This document shows positions 9,877 to 24,023 of a DNA stretch of 64,000 bases, piece after piece (within the stretch, counting starts at the first letter, position 1; each line of letters opens with the position of its first letter). The stretch comes from an uncultured Coriobacteriia bacterium (lineage in GTDB: Bacteria; Actinomycetota; Coriobacteriia; Anaerosomatales; JAAXUF01): NCBI GenBank assembly GCA_963803785.1, contig CAWDNM010000001.1, positions 244,223 through 308,222 on the forward strand. Reading direction: 5' to 3'. A program made the translations under genes and the position numbers. A model generated the notes under the pieces. The model was not told the DNA's origin. It searched no databases and saw nothing but the letters and a program-made list of their open reading frames with translations.

Positions 9877-10642
9877 CTACCGGTTCTTCTCGAAGATCAT
9901 CCGCAGCCCGTCGAGCGTCAGGTCCATGTCGACGTCGGTGATCGTCTCGCACAGCAGCGCCATGCGCTCGGCGAGCCCGCCGGTCGCGATCACCGGCGTC
10001 TCGGCGCCGAGCTCGACCCACGTGCGGCGCACGAGTCCGTCGACCATCGCAGCCTCGCCGAGCAGCAGCCCCGCCTGCACGCTCATGCGCGTGTTGGTGC
10101 CGATGACGGCGCTCGGCGGCTCGAGGTCGACCTTCGAGAGACGCGCGGCCTTGGAGAAGAGCGCCTCGGCGGACGTCTCGACACCCGGAGCGATGGCGCC
10201 GCCCAGATAGGCGCCCTCCGCGTCGACGACGTCGATGGTGGTGGCGGTCCCGAAGTCGACGACGATGACCGGCCCGCCGAGCCGCGCGAAGGCCGCCACG
10301 CCGTTGACGATGCGGTCGGCGCCGACCTCGTGCGGGTTGTCGTAGCGGATCGGCATGCCGGTCTTCAGCCCCGGCCCGACGACCATCACGTCGCAGTCGC
10401 ACGCGACCTCGGTGAGGTCCTCCCACGCCGCGGTGAGCCGCGGAACGACCGACGCGAGGATGACGTGGTTCACGTCGCCCCACGACAGCCCGTCGAGCGC
10501 GAGGAGCCCGGCGACCTTGCACGCGCAGCTCGTCAGCGGTGAGCGAGGCGTTGGTGGAGATCCGCCAGTGTCCGGCGAGCTTCTCCTCGGCGAACAGGCC
10601 GAGCACGGTCTGGGTGTTGCCGACGTCAACGGCGAGCAGCAT
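9877..10642 (-). CDS. coaX: Type III pantothenate kinase (frameshifted)
   Basis: MLLAVDVGNT, YDNPHEVGADR, VVDFGTATT, GGAIAPG, VIATGG. Confidence 0.95.
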
Positions 10643-10817
10643 GGGCGAATCCCCTCCGGTTGGGTAGGAGTTCTTCACGGCACGGTGACGCGGCCAAGCG
10701 CGCTCCGCAGCCGGTGCTATCATCGGCCGAGACACGCCTGGCCTGCAAGTGCGGCGCGATCCGCACCACATCTGACCTGCGAGAACAGCCCGCCGCCGAC
10801 TCCCTGGAGGCTCACCT

Positions 10818-11524
10818 GTGACCGACACTCCCGCCCGCATCCTCGTCGTCGACGACGAAGCGTCCATCACCGAGTTCGTGAGCTACAACCTGCGCAAAGA
10901 GGGCTACGACGTCGCCGTCGCCGCCAACGGCGACGACGCGCTCGCACTCGCCAAGGCCAGCACCTTCGACCTCGTGGTGCTCGACGTCATGCTGCCGGGC
11001 ATCGACGGCTACGAGGTCTGCCGCCGGCTGCGCATCGATTCGAGCGTGCCCGGTGCTGTTCCTCTCGGCGCGCGACACCGAGCTCGACAAGGTCGTCGGC
11101 CTCGAGATCGGCGGCGACGACTACCTCGCCAAGCCGTTCGGCGTGCGCGAGCTGACCGCGCGCGTCAAGGCGCTGCTGCGCCGCGCGCCCGCGGGCAGCG
11201 CGCGAGCCGGGCGTCGCCGGCGAGCACATCGAGCTCGCCGGCATCGTGCTCGACGAGGCCGCGCACATGGCGACCGCCGACGACCGGCTCATCGACCTGA
11301 CGCCGCGCGAGTTCGAGCTGCTCGCCTGCCTCATGCGCCACGGCGGCAAGGTGCTCTCGCGCGATCAGCTGCTGCGCGAGGCGTGGGGCTGGGAGTTCCT
11401 CGTCGAGACCAAGACGGTCGACACGCACGTCAAGCGCCTCCGCGACAAGCTCGAGGCCGCCGGCTGCGACCCCGCGCTCGTCGAGACGGTGCGCGGCTAC
11501 GGCTACCGCTTCCGCACCGCCTAA
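10818..11524 (+). CDS. OmpR/PhoB-family response regulator (frameshifted)
   Basis: [57 protein letters not shown]. Confidence 0.92.
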
Positions 11525-11567
11525 CATCGCGCGCCACCACCCGCCAGACACCCGCCGAGGAGCCACG

Positions 11568-12609
11568 ATGGGCAGCACCCTGCGCTCGAAGATCGCGATC
11601 TGGACCGGGCTCGTGGCGCCTGACTCGCCGCGGCCGCGGCCTTCGTCGGGCTGAGCTTCCGCTACCCGCTACGGGCTCGCGGTGGTCGTCGCCGTCCCCG
11701 CTCATCGGCTGGCTCGTCGGCCGCGTTGATCGCATCACGCATCGTGGCACCGCTCGAGCGCCTCGGCGTGTCGGCGACGGGCGTTCGCTTCGGGCAACCA
11801 CGCGGCACGCGCCGACGTCGGCGGCCCGCGCGAGACCCGCATCGTCGCCGAGGCGTTCAACCAGATGGCCGGCCAGATCGACGACGCGCTCGAGGAACTC
11901 AAGCGCGAGGAGCGCCGCAAGACGCAGTTCGTCAGCGACGTCAGCCACGAGCTGCGCACCCCCCTGACCGCCATTCGCGGTGCCGCCGAGACGCTTCTCG
12001 ACGGCGACGTCGATCCCGACGACCAGCAGCGCTTCCTGTCGACGATCGCCCTCGAGGCCGAGCGGCTCGGCAGGCTCGCGAACGACCTGCTCACGCTGCA
12101 GCGCATCGAAGGCGCCACCGGCGAGCTGCCGATAACCCAGGTCGACCTGCGTCTGGCCGCCGACCGCGCGGCGGCGATGCTCGAGCCGCTGCTGGAGGAC
12201 CGCGAAGTCTCGCTGACCGTCAACGGGCGCGCGCCGCTCGTTCTCGGCGACGTGGACCGGCTCGCAGCAGGTGGTCACGAACCTCGTCGACAACGCGAGC
12301 CGCATCGTGGGCGAGGGCGGGCACGTGCGGGTCGAGCTCAACGCCGAGGGCGACCGCGCGGTGCTCTCGGTACTCGACGACGGGCCCGGCATCCCCGAGG
12401 CGGACCTGCCCCGGCTGTTCGACCGCTTCTACCGCGCCGACTCGAGCCGCACGCGGACGAGCGGCGGCGCGGGACTGGGCCTGGCGATCGTTCGCGCGAT
12501 CGTAGTCGCTCACGGTGGCCGGATCGAGGCGGCGAATCTGCCGGAGGGTGGCGCTCGGATGACGGTGTCGTTGCCGGCGCTCGCGTCGAGGACGTCGAGA
12601 CATCGGTGA
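11568..12609 (+). CDS. HAMP-containing sensor histidine kinase (frameshifted)
   Basis: [15 protein letters not shown]-box, [27 protein letters not shown]. Confidence 0.92.
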
Positions 12610-12638
12610 CGCCGGCGCCGCCTTCGCGGACAGCCGCG

Positions 12639-13199
12639 CTAGCCTGGCGACCTTGCGAACGCATGGCGACGAATCGCGCTCGACTTGACGACGTCGCCGA
12701 CGATGAACGGCAGCACGCCGACCGCAGCGGCCTGCGGAAGCGACATGTTGAGCGAGTACGCGAGCCACGCGGTGCCCATCCCGTAGACGACCGTGAAGCA
12801 GCACGACGCACGCGCCGACATCGGCAGCGAGAGTGCTCGCGCCAGCCTTGCACGAGACCGACTCGCACGAGCGACGCGACCCCTGCGGCCACGATGAATC
12901 CGACGAGTAGCCGCCCGTCGGGCCCGTCACGACTGCAATGCCGGCAGCCCCCTTCGCGAACACCGGCAGGCCCTGCGGCACCCAGCGCGACGTAGAGCGC
13001 CATCGAGCCGGCGGCCCACGGCGCGCGGCAGCAGCAGCGCCGCGAGCACCACGAAGAAGGTCTGGAACGTGATCGGCACCGGTCCGACGGGCAGTGCCAG
13101 CGGACCGAGCGCAGCCGCAAGCGCCGCAAGCAGCGCGGCCGTCGCCAGAGCGCGGACTCGCCGAGACGACGCGTGCTCGGTCTGGGTGGCAAGGGTCAT
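12639..13199 (-). CDS. bioY: Biotin transporter BioY (frameshifted)
   Basis: PVGPVPITFQTF, GLPVFAKG, GPTGGY, GVLPFIVGDVVK; next to birA, BirA box upstream. Confidence 0.9.
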
Positions 13200-13209
13200 G
13201 TGATCGGCT

Positions 13210-13241
13210 CCGTTAACTCCGCATGGACTGAGGGTTAACGG
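13210..13241. promoter_or_regulatory. BirA operator upstream of bioY
   Basis: CCGTTAAC-N16-GTTAACGG matches the BirA box core GTTAAC-N16-GTTAAC; 10 bp upstream of the bioY ATG. Confidence 0.85.
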
Positions 13242-13263
13242 TAGCGTGGGCGTCCGCCGCCGG

Positions 13264-14281
13264 TCAAGGCTGCTCGGCGAGGTCAGGCGGAAGTGCGATG
13301 CGCCGGGCTCTCGCAGCGTGACCTCGCCGGCAACCACCGACTCCATGCCGCCGAGCGTCGGCGATCAGCAGCCGGCCCTCGTCGTCGACACCCATCACGG
13401 TTCCGGACGCTCGCACCGCGTCGGTCATGTCGCGCACGGTCACGTCCTGCCCGATCAGCGACGAGCGCGCCTCGTACTCCGCTCGCAGCGCCGGGAACCC
13501 CGATTCGGTCCACTGCGCGTAGACGCTCGGCGATCCCGTCGAGCACCGCGGCGACGGCATGGGCGATTCGCACACCCGGGACCACGTCGTCCAGACAGGC
13601 GGCGCCGGGCGCCTGCCGCGCCGTCGTCGTTCCGGCGCACGTTGAGCCCCACGCCCGACGACGACCCAGTTCACGCGATCGGTCTCGGCAGACATCTCGA
13701 GCAGGACGCCCGCGAGCTTGCCGGCGGCGAGCAGGACGTCGTTGGGCCACTTGAGCGATGCCTCCACGCCGAAGTGCTCCTGCGAGCCCACGCGCGACGC
13801 CCGAGACCCGACGACGAGCGCGAGCGGCGCCAGCTCGGCCGGCGTGACTGTCGGCCGCAGCACGATCGAGAGGTACGCGCCGCCTGCCGGCGACGCCCAC
13901 GTCGCGTCCCAGCCGTCCCCGGCCGGCAGCTCTGTGACGACGCGAGCACCACGGTGCCCTCGGGCGCGCCTTCGCGCGCCAGCGCCCGGGCGTCGTCGTT
14001 CGTCGAGGCGGTCTCTCCCCCGCCGGTGAGCACGCATCCAGGACGCGTCCCGGAGAAGCGGCGCGATCTCGGCGGGCAGCGGGCCGTCCGGGAACGGCGA
14101 TCAAGCGGTAGCCGACGCCGGGCTCGGCCTCGATCTCGTAGCCCGCCTCGCGCAGGGACGCGACGTGCTTCCCGATCGCGACTCGGCTGACTCCGAGGGA
14201 CTGCGCGCGAGCGCCTCGCCGCTCAGGCCCGTCGCCCCGGCAGCGCGCAAGCGCGGCCAGCACGGCCTCACGAGTCGACAT
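13264..14281 (-). CDS. birA: Bifunctional biotin ligase / biotin repressor (class II, N-terminal wHTH); frameshifted
   Basis: SGEALAQSLGVSRVAIGKHVASLREAGYEI, STND, GRGRLGR.W, LKWPNDV..KLAGVLLE, GVDDEGRLLI, AGEV. Confidence 0.93.
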
Positions 14282-14322
14282 CGGTCGGTCCTGCAGCGTC
14301 GTCGGGTGCATCAGCGGCCGTG

Positions 14323-15029
14323 TCACCGGACGTCGATCGGCTCCGCGGCTTCGGCATGCGGCGTGCTCGGCCTCGAACAGGGCCACCTGACGCCTGACCA
14401 CTCGCTTGTCTCGGCGGCGCTTGCCCTGCCAGATCACGATGATCATCGACGATGACGACGACGAACATCAGCCACGAGAAGGCACCGAAGTACTTCAGGC
14501 CCTGGCGGAAGTTCTCACCGAGGAACCAGCCGAGCGCGACGAGGATGCCCGCGTACAGCACGGCGCCGATCAGCGAGTAGACCTCGAAGACCCACAGCTT
14601 CAAGCGCGACGCACCGGCGATCGTCGGCGCAAGGTTCTTCATGACCGCGACGAAGCGCGCGAAGATGATCGTGGCCGGGCCACGGCGGTCGAAGTACTCG
14701 TCGCCGGCCTCGATCGCCTCGACCGAGATGCCGAATCTCGGCCCCACGCGCTCGATGAACGCAAGCCCTCCCCGTGCGCCGACGAAGTAGCTGATGTTGG
14801 AGCCGATCCAGGTGCCGGCAACCGCCGCCGCGAACAGTCCCCCGACCGACAGTGAGTTTCCGTTCGGCGTCGATGCAGTGAAGGCCGCGGCCGTGGTGAT
14901 GACGTCGCCGGGCGTGAAGCTGCCGATGATGAACAGGTTCTCGAGCACGGTCGCAGCGAACACGATCGCGTATCCGTGCTGGTCGAGCGCGCCCAGCGCC
15001 CAGTTGAGGATGTTCTGAGCGAGCTGCAC
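14323..15029 (-). CDS. DedA family membrane protein
   Basis: LENLFIIGSFTPGD, GSNISYFVG, FDRRGPATIIFARFV; C-terminal frameshift, end approximate. Confidence 0.88.
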
Positions 15030-15125
15030 TACGCCCGGGTTCCGTGATGAGGTGCGCCCGCCTGGATTGCGGAATGCATCTGCGTGCCCTTCGACGATTC
15101 GGTCTTGGACCAGCCTACCTGAGAG

Positions 15126-16047
15126 TCATGCCTCGTCGAGCCCAAAATCGACGACTCGTACGCCGACCGTTAACGAACTCGCGCTCACACGGTTCACGCC
15201 GGCGGCGCGCAGCGCGGGCAAGCGCTCCCGCGTGATACCGCCGCTGGCCTCCGTCAGCACCCGTCGCCCAGCCGCGCGCTGCCGCTTCTCGCACCACCGT
15301 CGACCGCCTGAGCCAGAGTGGCGTCATCCATGTTGTCGAGCAGCACCATGTGCGCGCCTGCCTCGACCGCTTCGCGCGCCTGCTCGGCGGTGTCGGCCTC
15401 GACCTCGACGAGCAGTTCGGGGTGCCCGGCACGTGCCTTGGCCACTGCAGCTTGATGCCACGCGACGGCCGCGATGTGGTTGTCCTTCACGAGCACCATG
15501 TCGAACAGGCCCTCGCGGTGGTTCGTGCCGCCGCCTACGCGCACGGCGTACTTCGAGAGCGCGCGCAGGCCCGGCATCGTCTTGCGCGTGTCGCAGACCG
15601 CGAGGTCGGGTCCGGCCGCAGCGACCCACCGGGCGGTCTCCGTGGCGATCCCCGAGAGCAGCATGAGGAAGTCGAGCGCGGTGCGCTCGCCCACCAGCAC
15701 CGCTGCGGCGACACCCTCGATCTCGGCAACCGGGGTCCCCGCCTTCACGCGAGCGCCCTCGGCGACGAGCGGGAAGACCTCGATCGGGTCGAAGAGCCCC
15801 GCCGACCGCGACAGCGTCTCGTAGACCGCCGCGACCGCCGGCAACCCGGCGACCACCGCGTCTTCTCGGCAGACGATGCGGCCGGTGAAGTGCGCGTCGA
15901 GGCCGATCGCGGCTGAAGGACGTCACGTCGCGCTCGAGCAGCGTCGGGCGAGCCTGGCGCGTCGGGCGCGAAGCGCTCCGGCGACACGCCGAGGTCCTCG
16001 GCGAGTGCGAGGGCGACGATGCTGGTGACGTCGGGGAACTCGAACAT
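15126..16047 (-). CDS. nadC: Nicotinate-nucleotide pyrophosphorylase (frameshifted)
   Basis: ALAEDLG, ERTALDFL..LSGIAT, DTRKTMPGLR, NHREGLFDMVLVKDNH, VEVE, LLDNM, EASGGIT. Confidence 0.95.
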
Positions 16048-16055
16048 CGCTGCCG

Positions 16056-17765
16056 TCACTGGTCCTCGGCCGAGCGTGAACCCGCCGGGGCGAAGCTCAC
16101 GCCCGTGATCGGCTTGCGGCGTGGCGCGAATCCGCGGCGGAAGACGGTGCGCACGCGCCAGTGCTCGTCGTCGCGCTGAGGGAAGTCGATGCGGGAGTGG
16201 CAACCGCGCGACTCCGTGCGCAGCCACGCCGCGTGCGCGATGAGGGTGCCGACCGTGACCAGGTTCGCGAGCTCGAGGTCGGCCTGATGCGGCGAGTCGC
16301 CATCGAGCACGCTCGACAGCCGGCCGAGCACGCGCGCCGCATCGGCGAGGCCCGCGTCGGTGCGGCTCATGCCGACGAATCGCTGCATCGTGTCCTTGAG
16401 CGTCGCCGGCGCATCGGCGAGTTCCGTGCGGTCTCGAGCCCGCTCGGGCTCGTCGGCGAGGATGCGCTCGGGCGCCTCGGCGCTGTCGTTGTCGGCATCG
16501 AGCGCGCGCACGATCCGCCGAGAGAAGACGAGCCCCTCGAGCAGCGAGTTGCGACGCGAGGCGGTTGGCGCCGTGCAGGCCGCTCGCGGTGACCTCGCCC
16601 GAGGCGTAGAGGCCCGGCACGCTCGTGCGGCCGTCGATGTCGACGCGAACGCCGCCGACGATGTAGTGCGCGGCGGGCGCGACCGGGAGCAGGTCGCGCG
16701 ACAGGTCGTAGCCGGCCTCGGAGCACGCCTCCCAGATCGTCGGGAACCGCGCGCGCAGGTACTCCTCGCCGAGGTGGCGCGCGTCGAGCCAGACGTTGTT
16801 GCGGCCGCAGCGCTGCATGACGTGCTCGATCTCGCGGCTCACGACGTCGCGCGGCGCGAGCTCGGCAAGCGGGTGCACGCCGAGCATGAAGCGCTCTTCG
16901 TCGCAGTCGAGCAGGTAGGCGCCCTCGCCTCGCAGCGCCTCGGTGATGAGGAAGCGCGGCGCCGCCTCGTGGTCGAGCGCGGTGGGGTGGAACTGCACGA
17001 ACTCGAGGTCGGCGACCTCGGCGCCCGCGCGCCAGGCCGCGGCCAGGCCGTCGCCGGTCGCGATGAGCGGGTTGGTGGTGACGCGGAAGACCTGGCCGGC
17101 GCCGCCGGTCGCGAGCACGACCGCGTCGGCCCAGAACACCTCGAGCTCGCCCGTCTCGGCGTCGAGCACGAGCGCGCCGACGCAGCGTTCGCCGGAGGTG
17201 AGCAGGTCGACGAGGAAGCGCTGCTCGAACACGCCGACGCGCTCCGATGCGCGCAGCGCCTGCGTCGAGCGCGCCCTGCACTGCGGCGCCGGTCGCGTCG
17301 CCCGAGTGCAGCACGCGCGGCAGCGAGTGGCCGCCTTCGCGCGCGAGTGCGACCTCGCCGCCCTCGTCGAGATCGAAGTGCATGCCGGCGGCCTGGAGGC
17401 CGGCGAGCGCGGCAGGCGCCTCGCCCACGACGGCGCGCACGACCGCCTCGTCGCACAGCCCCTGGCCGACGACGAGCGTGTCGGCGAGGTGCAGCTCGAC
17501 GCTGTCGGCCTCGCCCACCGCGCCGGCGATGCCGCCCTGCGCGTACCAGGTGTTGGTCTCGGAGAGGCGGGACTTGGTGATGAGCGAGACGGTCGCGCGT
17601 CCGCGAGGCCTCGAGCGCCGCGACGAGCCCGGCGATGCCGCTGCCGATGACGAGCACGTCGCACGCGTGCTGCACGCACGCGTCGGTGTCGAACCCGAGC
17701 AGGTAGCGGCGCGAGAGCGCGTCGGGCAACCTGCCCGGCGCGAGGGCTTTGGCGCTGTCAGCCAA
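16056..17765 (-). CDS. nadB: L-aspartate oxidase (frameshifted)
   Basis: VIGSGIAG, AQGGIA, REGGHS, EFVQFHPT, LITEALRGEG, ELAPRD, GLHGANRLAS, ESRGCH. Confidence 0.95.
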
Positions 17766-18676
17766 TGGCCACCATCCGCTCGACCGCGCCGAGCGCGCGC
17801 ACGCGGATGTCCTCGGCGACGGTGACCTCACCGCGTCTGTCGGCCAGACAGTCGCGGACCTTCTCGAGCGTGGTGAGCTTCATGTTGGGGCAGAGCATGC
17901 GGGGGTAGAGCTCGAAGAAGCGCTTGCCGGGAGCGGCCTTCTCGAGCGCGTGGATGAGGCCCGCCTCGGTGACGACGATGAACTCGTCGGCGTCGCTCGC
18001 CGCGGCGTACGAGAGCATCTGCGAGGTGGAGAGCACGGCGTCGGCGAGGTCGACGACCTCGGGGCGGCACTCGGGGTGCGCGATGACCGCCGCGCTCGGG
18101 TGCGCAGCGCGCGCGTCGGCGACCTGCTCGGCCGTGACGTCGTCGTGCGTGGGGCACCAGCCGTCCCAGAGGATCACGTCGACGTCGGGCAGCGAGCGCG
18201 CGACCCAGCTGCCGAGGTTGCGGTCCGGCGCGAAGAGGATCGCGCTCGGCACCCGAGCGAGCGCACGACGGCGACCGCGTTGGCGCTCGTGACGCAGATG
18301 TCGCTTTCGGCCTTGACCTCCGCCGAGGAGTTCACGTACGTGACGACCGGCACGCCCGGGTTGTGCGGCCTTCCAGGCGGCGAGGGCCTCGCCGGTGATC
18401 ATGTCGGCCATCGGGCAGCCGGCGCGCGGCTCGGGCATCAGCACGGTCTTGCTCGGCGCGAGGATCTTGGCGGTCTCGGCCATGAAGTGGACGCCGGCGA
18501 AGACGATGAGCTCGGCGTCGGTCTCGGCGGCCTGGCGCGAGAGCCCCAGCGAGTCGCCCACGAAGTCGGCGACGTCCTGGACCTCGGCGCGCTGGTAGTT
18601 GTGCGCGAGGATGACGGCGCCGCGCTCGTGCGCGAGTTGGCGGATCTCGGCGGTCAAGGTCGGTGAAGTCAGCCAC
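17758..18676 (-). CDS. nadA: Quinolinate synthase (frameshifted)
   Basis: [55 protein letters not shown]. Confidence 0.95.
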
Positions 18677-18740
18677 GCGAACGTACTCCTGTGTCGATGC
18701 GACCGGTCCGTGCCTATTGTGCGCGAGTGCGTCGCCCGCG

Positions 18741-19610
18741 TCAGCTTTCGGATGCGGATCGTCAGCGCGCAGTTGTCGATGAGCCGCGTGGCGCCGACCC
18801 GCCCGGCGATGATCGCGCGGGCGGTCGCCTCGACGCGGACGAGCGGCTCGAGCGTCTCGGGGTCGACGATCGCGGCGTAGTCGAGCGTGACCGCGTCGCC
18901 CGCGTGCGCGGTCACAGCCGCGCGCATCGCGGCCTCGAGCACGCGCGCATCGCGCTCGCCCAGCATGAGCTCGCTGGCGGCCGCCCACAGCGCCGGCGGG
19001 AAGCGCGAGGCCTGCGGCGCGCTCGGCGGCGGAGAGGTAGACGTTGCGGCTCGAGAGCGCGAGGCCGTCGTGGTCGCGGACGATCGGGCAGCCCACGATG
19101 CCCACACCGAGGTCGAGGTCGTGGACGAGCCGGCGCACGACCGCGAGCTGCTGGTAGTCCTTCTCGCCGAAGAACGCGAGGTCGGGACGGACCACGTTGA
19201 GGAGCTTGGCGACGATCGTCGCCACGCCGGTGAAGTGCCCGGGTCGCACCGCGCCTTCCCAGCGCGCCGCGAGCGGGCCGGGGTCGACGGTGACCTGCGC
19301 GTCGCTGGCGTACATCTCCTCGACGCTCGGCGCCCAGACGAGCTCCACACCTTCCGCGCCGAGCAGCTCGGTGTCGAGCGTCGAGGCGGCGCGGGTAGCG
19401 CTCGAGGTCCTCGCCGGCCACGAACTGCGTCGGGTTCACGAAGATGCTGGCGACCACGAGGTCGCACCGCTCGCGCGCCGCGCGGACGAGCGACAGGTGA
19501 CCGTCGTGAAGCGCTCCCATGGTGGGCACGAATCCGACGGACTTGCCTTCTCGGCGCGCCGTCGCGACCGCCGAGCGCACCTCGTCCTTGCTCGTCACCA
19601 GCTCGATCAC
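18741..19610 (-). CDS. panC: Pantoate-beta-alanine ligase (frameshifted)
   Basis: [52 protein letters not shown]. Confidence 0.95.
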
Positions 19611-20533
19611 GCCATCAGCCCATCGATCGGTCGATTCGAGCGCGTCATCCGCACCTTCCGCGCCCTCGATGATGGCGTCTATCTCGGCGACGACCTCGGG
19701 AGCCATGTGGGTCGCCTGCTCGTCGCCGGGAAACGCCCCGGCTCGGACGTCCTCGGCGTAGGCGGCGACCGCCTGGGTGATGGCCGCGCCAAGATCCGCG
19801 TAGCGCTTCGCGTGCTTGGGCAAGAAGTCCCCCAAGCCGAGCAGGTCGTGGAAGACCTGCACCTGGCCGTCGCAGCCGCCGCCCGCACCGATACCGATGG
19901 TGGGGATCGTGAGCAGCGCACTGATGCGCTGCGCGAGTTCGGCGGGGATGCACTCGAGCACGACCGCGAACGCGCCGGCCTCTTCGAGCGCGAGCGCGTC
20001 GGCGATCGCCAGCGTGGCGCTCGCGGTGTCCTTGCCCTGCGTGCGGTAGCCGCCGAGGGTGTTGACCGACTGCGGCGTGAGGCCGACGTGCCCCATCACG
20101 GGAATGCCGGCGTCGGTGAGCCCCGCGACGAGCTCGAGCGTGGCCGCGGAGGCGTTCTCGACCTTGACGGCGTGCGCCCCGCCCTCGGCGATGAGGCGTC
20201 CGGCGTTGCGCATGCCCTCGGCGTAGTCGGCGGCGTAGGACATGAACGGCATGTCGGCGATGACGAGCGCCCGGGTGCAGGCGCGCGAGACACGGCAGCG
20301 GTCGCTCGGACCATGTCGTCCATCGTGACCGGCAGCGTCGACGCGTGCCCGAGCACGGTCATGCCGAGAGAGTCGCCGACGAGCACGACATCGACGCCGG
20401 CGGCCTCGACGAGCCGCGCGCCGTGGTAGTCGTAGGCGGTGAGCATGACGATCGGGCGTCCGGCCTCCTTCATGACGCGCAGTGACGGCGCGGTCACGCG
20501 CGGGGTCGGGCTCGCGGGAGCGGTAGCGCTCAT
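19611..20533 (-). CDS. panB: Ketopantoate hydroxymethyltransferase (frameshifted; reads in frame into panC as assembled)
   Basis: [47 protein letters not shown]. Confidence 0.95.
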
Positions 20534-20554
20534 GGGCGATGCCTCCTTAGCGGT

Positions 20555-21455
20555 TCACGGTCGCAGCCTCAGGATCGAGGTCCACGCGGTGCCTCCGATG
20601 GGGAGTGACAGTATAGCGCGACTGCCAGTGCGCGGAAGCCCGGTGCCGCGTGCACTACGCTCCATGTCGCCGACGAGCTCCGGCGGGAAGATCGGCTCGG
20701 CGTCGTCGAGGTCTGCGAGCAGCTTGCTGGCTCGCGCCACGTCACCAACGGGCACGAGCAGCTGGAAGGTCGCGCCCATGCCGAAGGGGTCCATGGTCGA
20801 CTCGGGCTCGAACGGGTTCCATGCGTACGGGATGCCGGCCTCTTCGAGCACCTCGCGCTGGAACTGCAGCCGCGCGTCCCATCCCGCCACGACGTCCTGC
20901 TCGCGCGAGCTCTCGGCGACGGGCACCCAGTCCGGCGCGAGCACCGGCTCGTTCGTGAGCCTGCCGAGGTCCGGAATCGGTCCCAGCTCGTCGACGACAA
21001 GGCCCACCGTCGCGCCCTCGTGCGTGACGCGCGTGCCGTCGGGCAGGTGCAGCCGCGGCGCGATCTCGAGCAGCGGCGTGACGACGAAGTCGCGCTCGAG
21101 CAGGCCCGGGATGCGGAATCGTGAGCGTCTCGCTCACCATCTCCTCGTCACCGAACGTCAGGATGTCGAGGTCGATGACGCGCGGCCCGTTCTCGACGCG
21201 CGCGCACGCGGCCCATCTCGTCCTCGATGCTGTGCAGGTAGTCGAGAAGCTGATCGGGTTCAAGTCGGTCTGAAGCTCGACGACCGCGTTGGCGAACGGT
21301 GGCTGGTCGACGTGGTACGCCGGCTCGGTCTCGTAGGCATGCGAGGCACGCTCAACGTGCGTTTCGGGAAGCTCGGCGAGCGCTTCGATGGCCTGAGCCA
21401 GGTTCGCGACCCGGTCACCCTCGTTGCTGCCGATTCCGATGTATGCGGTGGTCAT
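20555..21455 (-). CDS. folK: HPPK (FolK) with a C-terminal extension of about 120-150 aa (frameshifted)
   Basis: AYIGIGSNEGDR, YETEP, FANAV, GPRVIDLDIL, IPHP, RDFVVTPLLEI, then continuation; true stop may be near 20655. Confidence 0.88.
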
Positions 21456-21542
21456 GGTCGGCCTCCCTACGAAGCGGACGGAGCGCTTTCGGCGCTACAG
21501 GGAGTATTCCCTTCAAGCGCCGAGGCGGGCGGCCGCGAGACA

Positions 21543-21574
21543 CAAACGACCCCCGGCCTGAAGCCGAGGGGTCG
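21543..21574 (-). terminator. Intrinsic terminator downstream of hppA
   Basis: CGACCCCcGGC/GCCgaGGGGTCG stem followed by TTTG on the minus strand; a second long hairpin at about 21593-21638. Confidence 0.65.
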
Positions 21575-21664
21575 CCAGAAGTGCGACGCGCCCGAGCCGG
21601 TTGAGCAGCACGCGAAGCGTGTCTGCTCGAACCGGCTCGCTGGCGACGCGAAGTCGGTCGCCAG

Positions 21665-23848
<2,184 letters not shown>

Positions 23849-24023
23849 GTTTCCTCCAGAGCGGTTTGGGCAGCGGCGTGCTGGCAGCCGCACCCCCTCC
23901 AAGTCGCGGACATTCTATCAGAGTGGAGCGCTGTGCAAGCCCCAATTCGTGGGAGCGGATGAAACCGCATCAGACATGCGCGCGACACGCGCCGGACACC
24001 GGGGCGCCGCGCAGCACCGGTCG

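Noticed and set aside
17758-19467. PanC-NadA fusion ORF (569 aa)
   Set aside because: Produced by indels at the panC end and nadA start; nadA has its own AGGAG RBS and GTG, and the linker is not protein-like.
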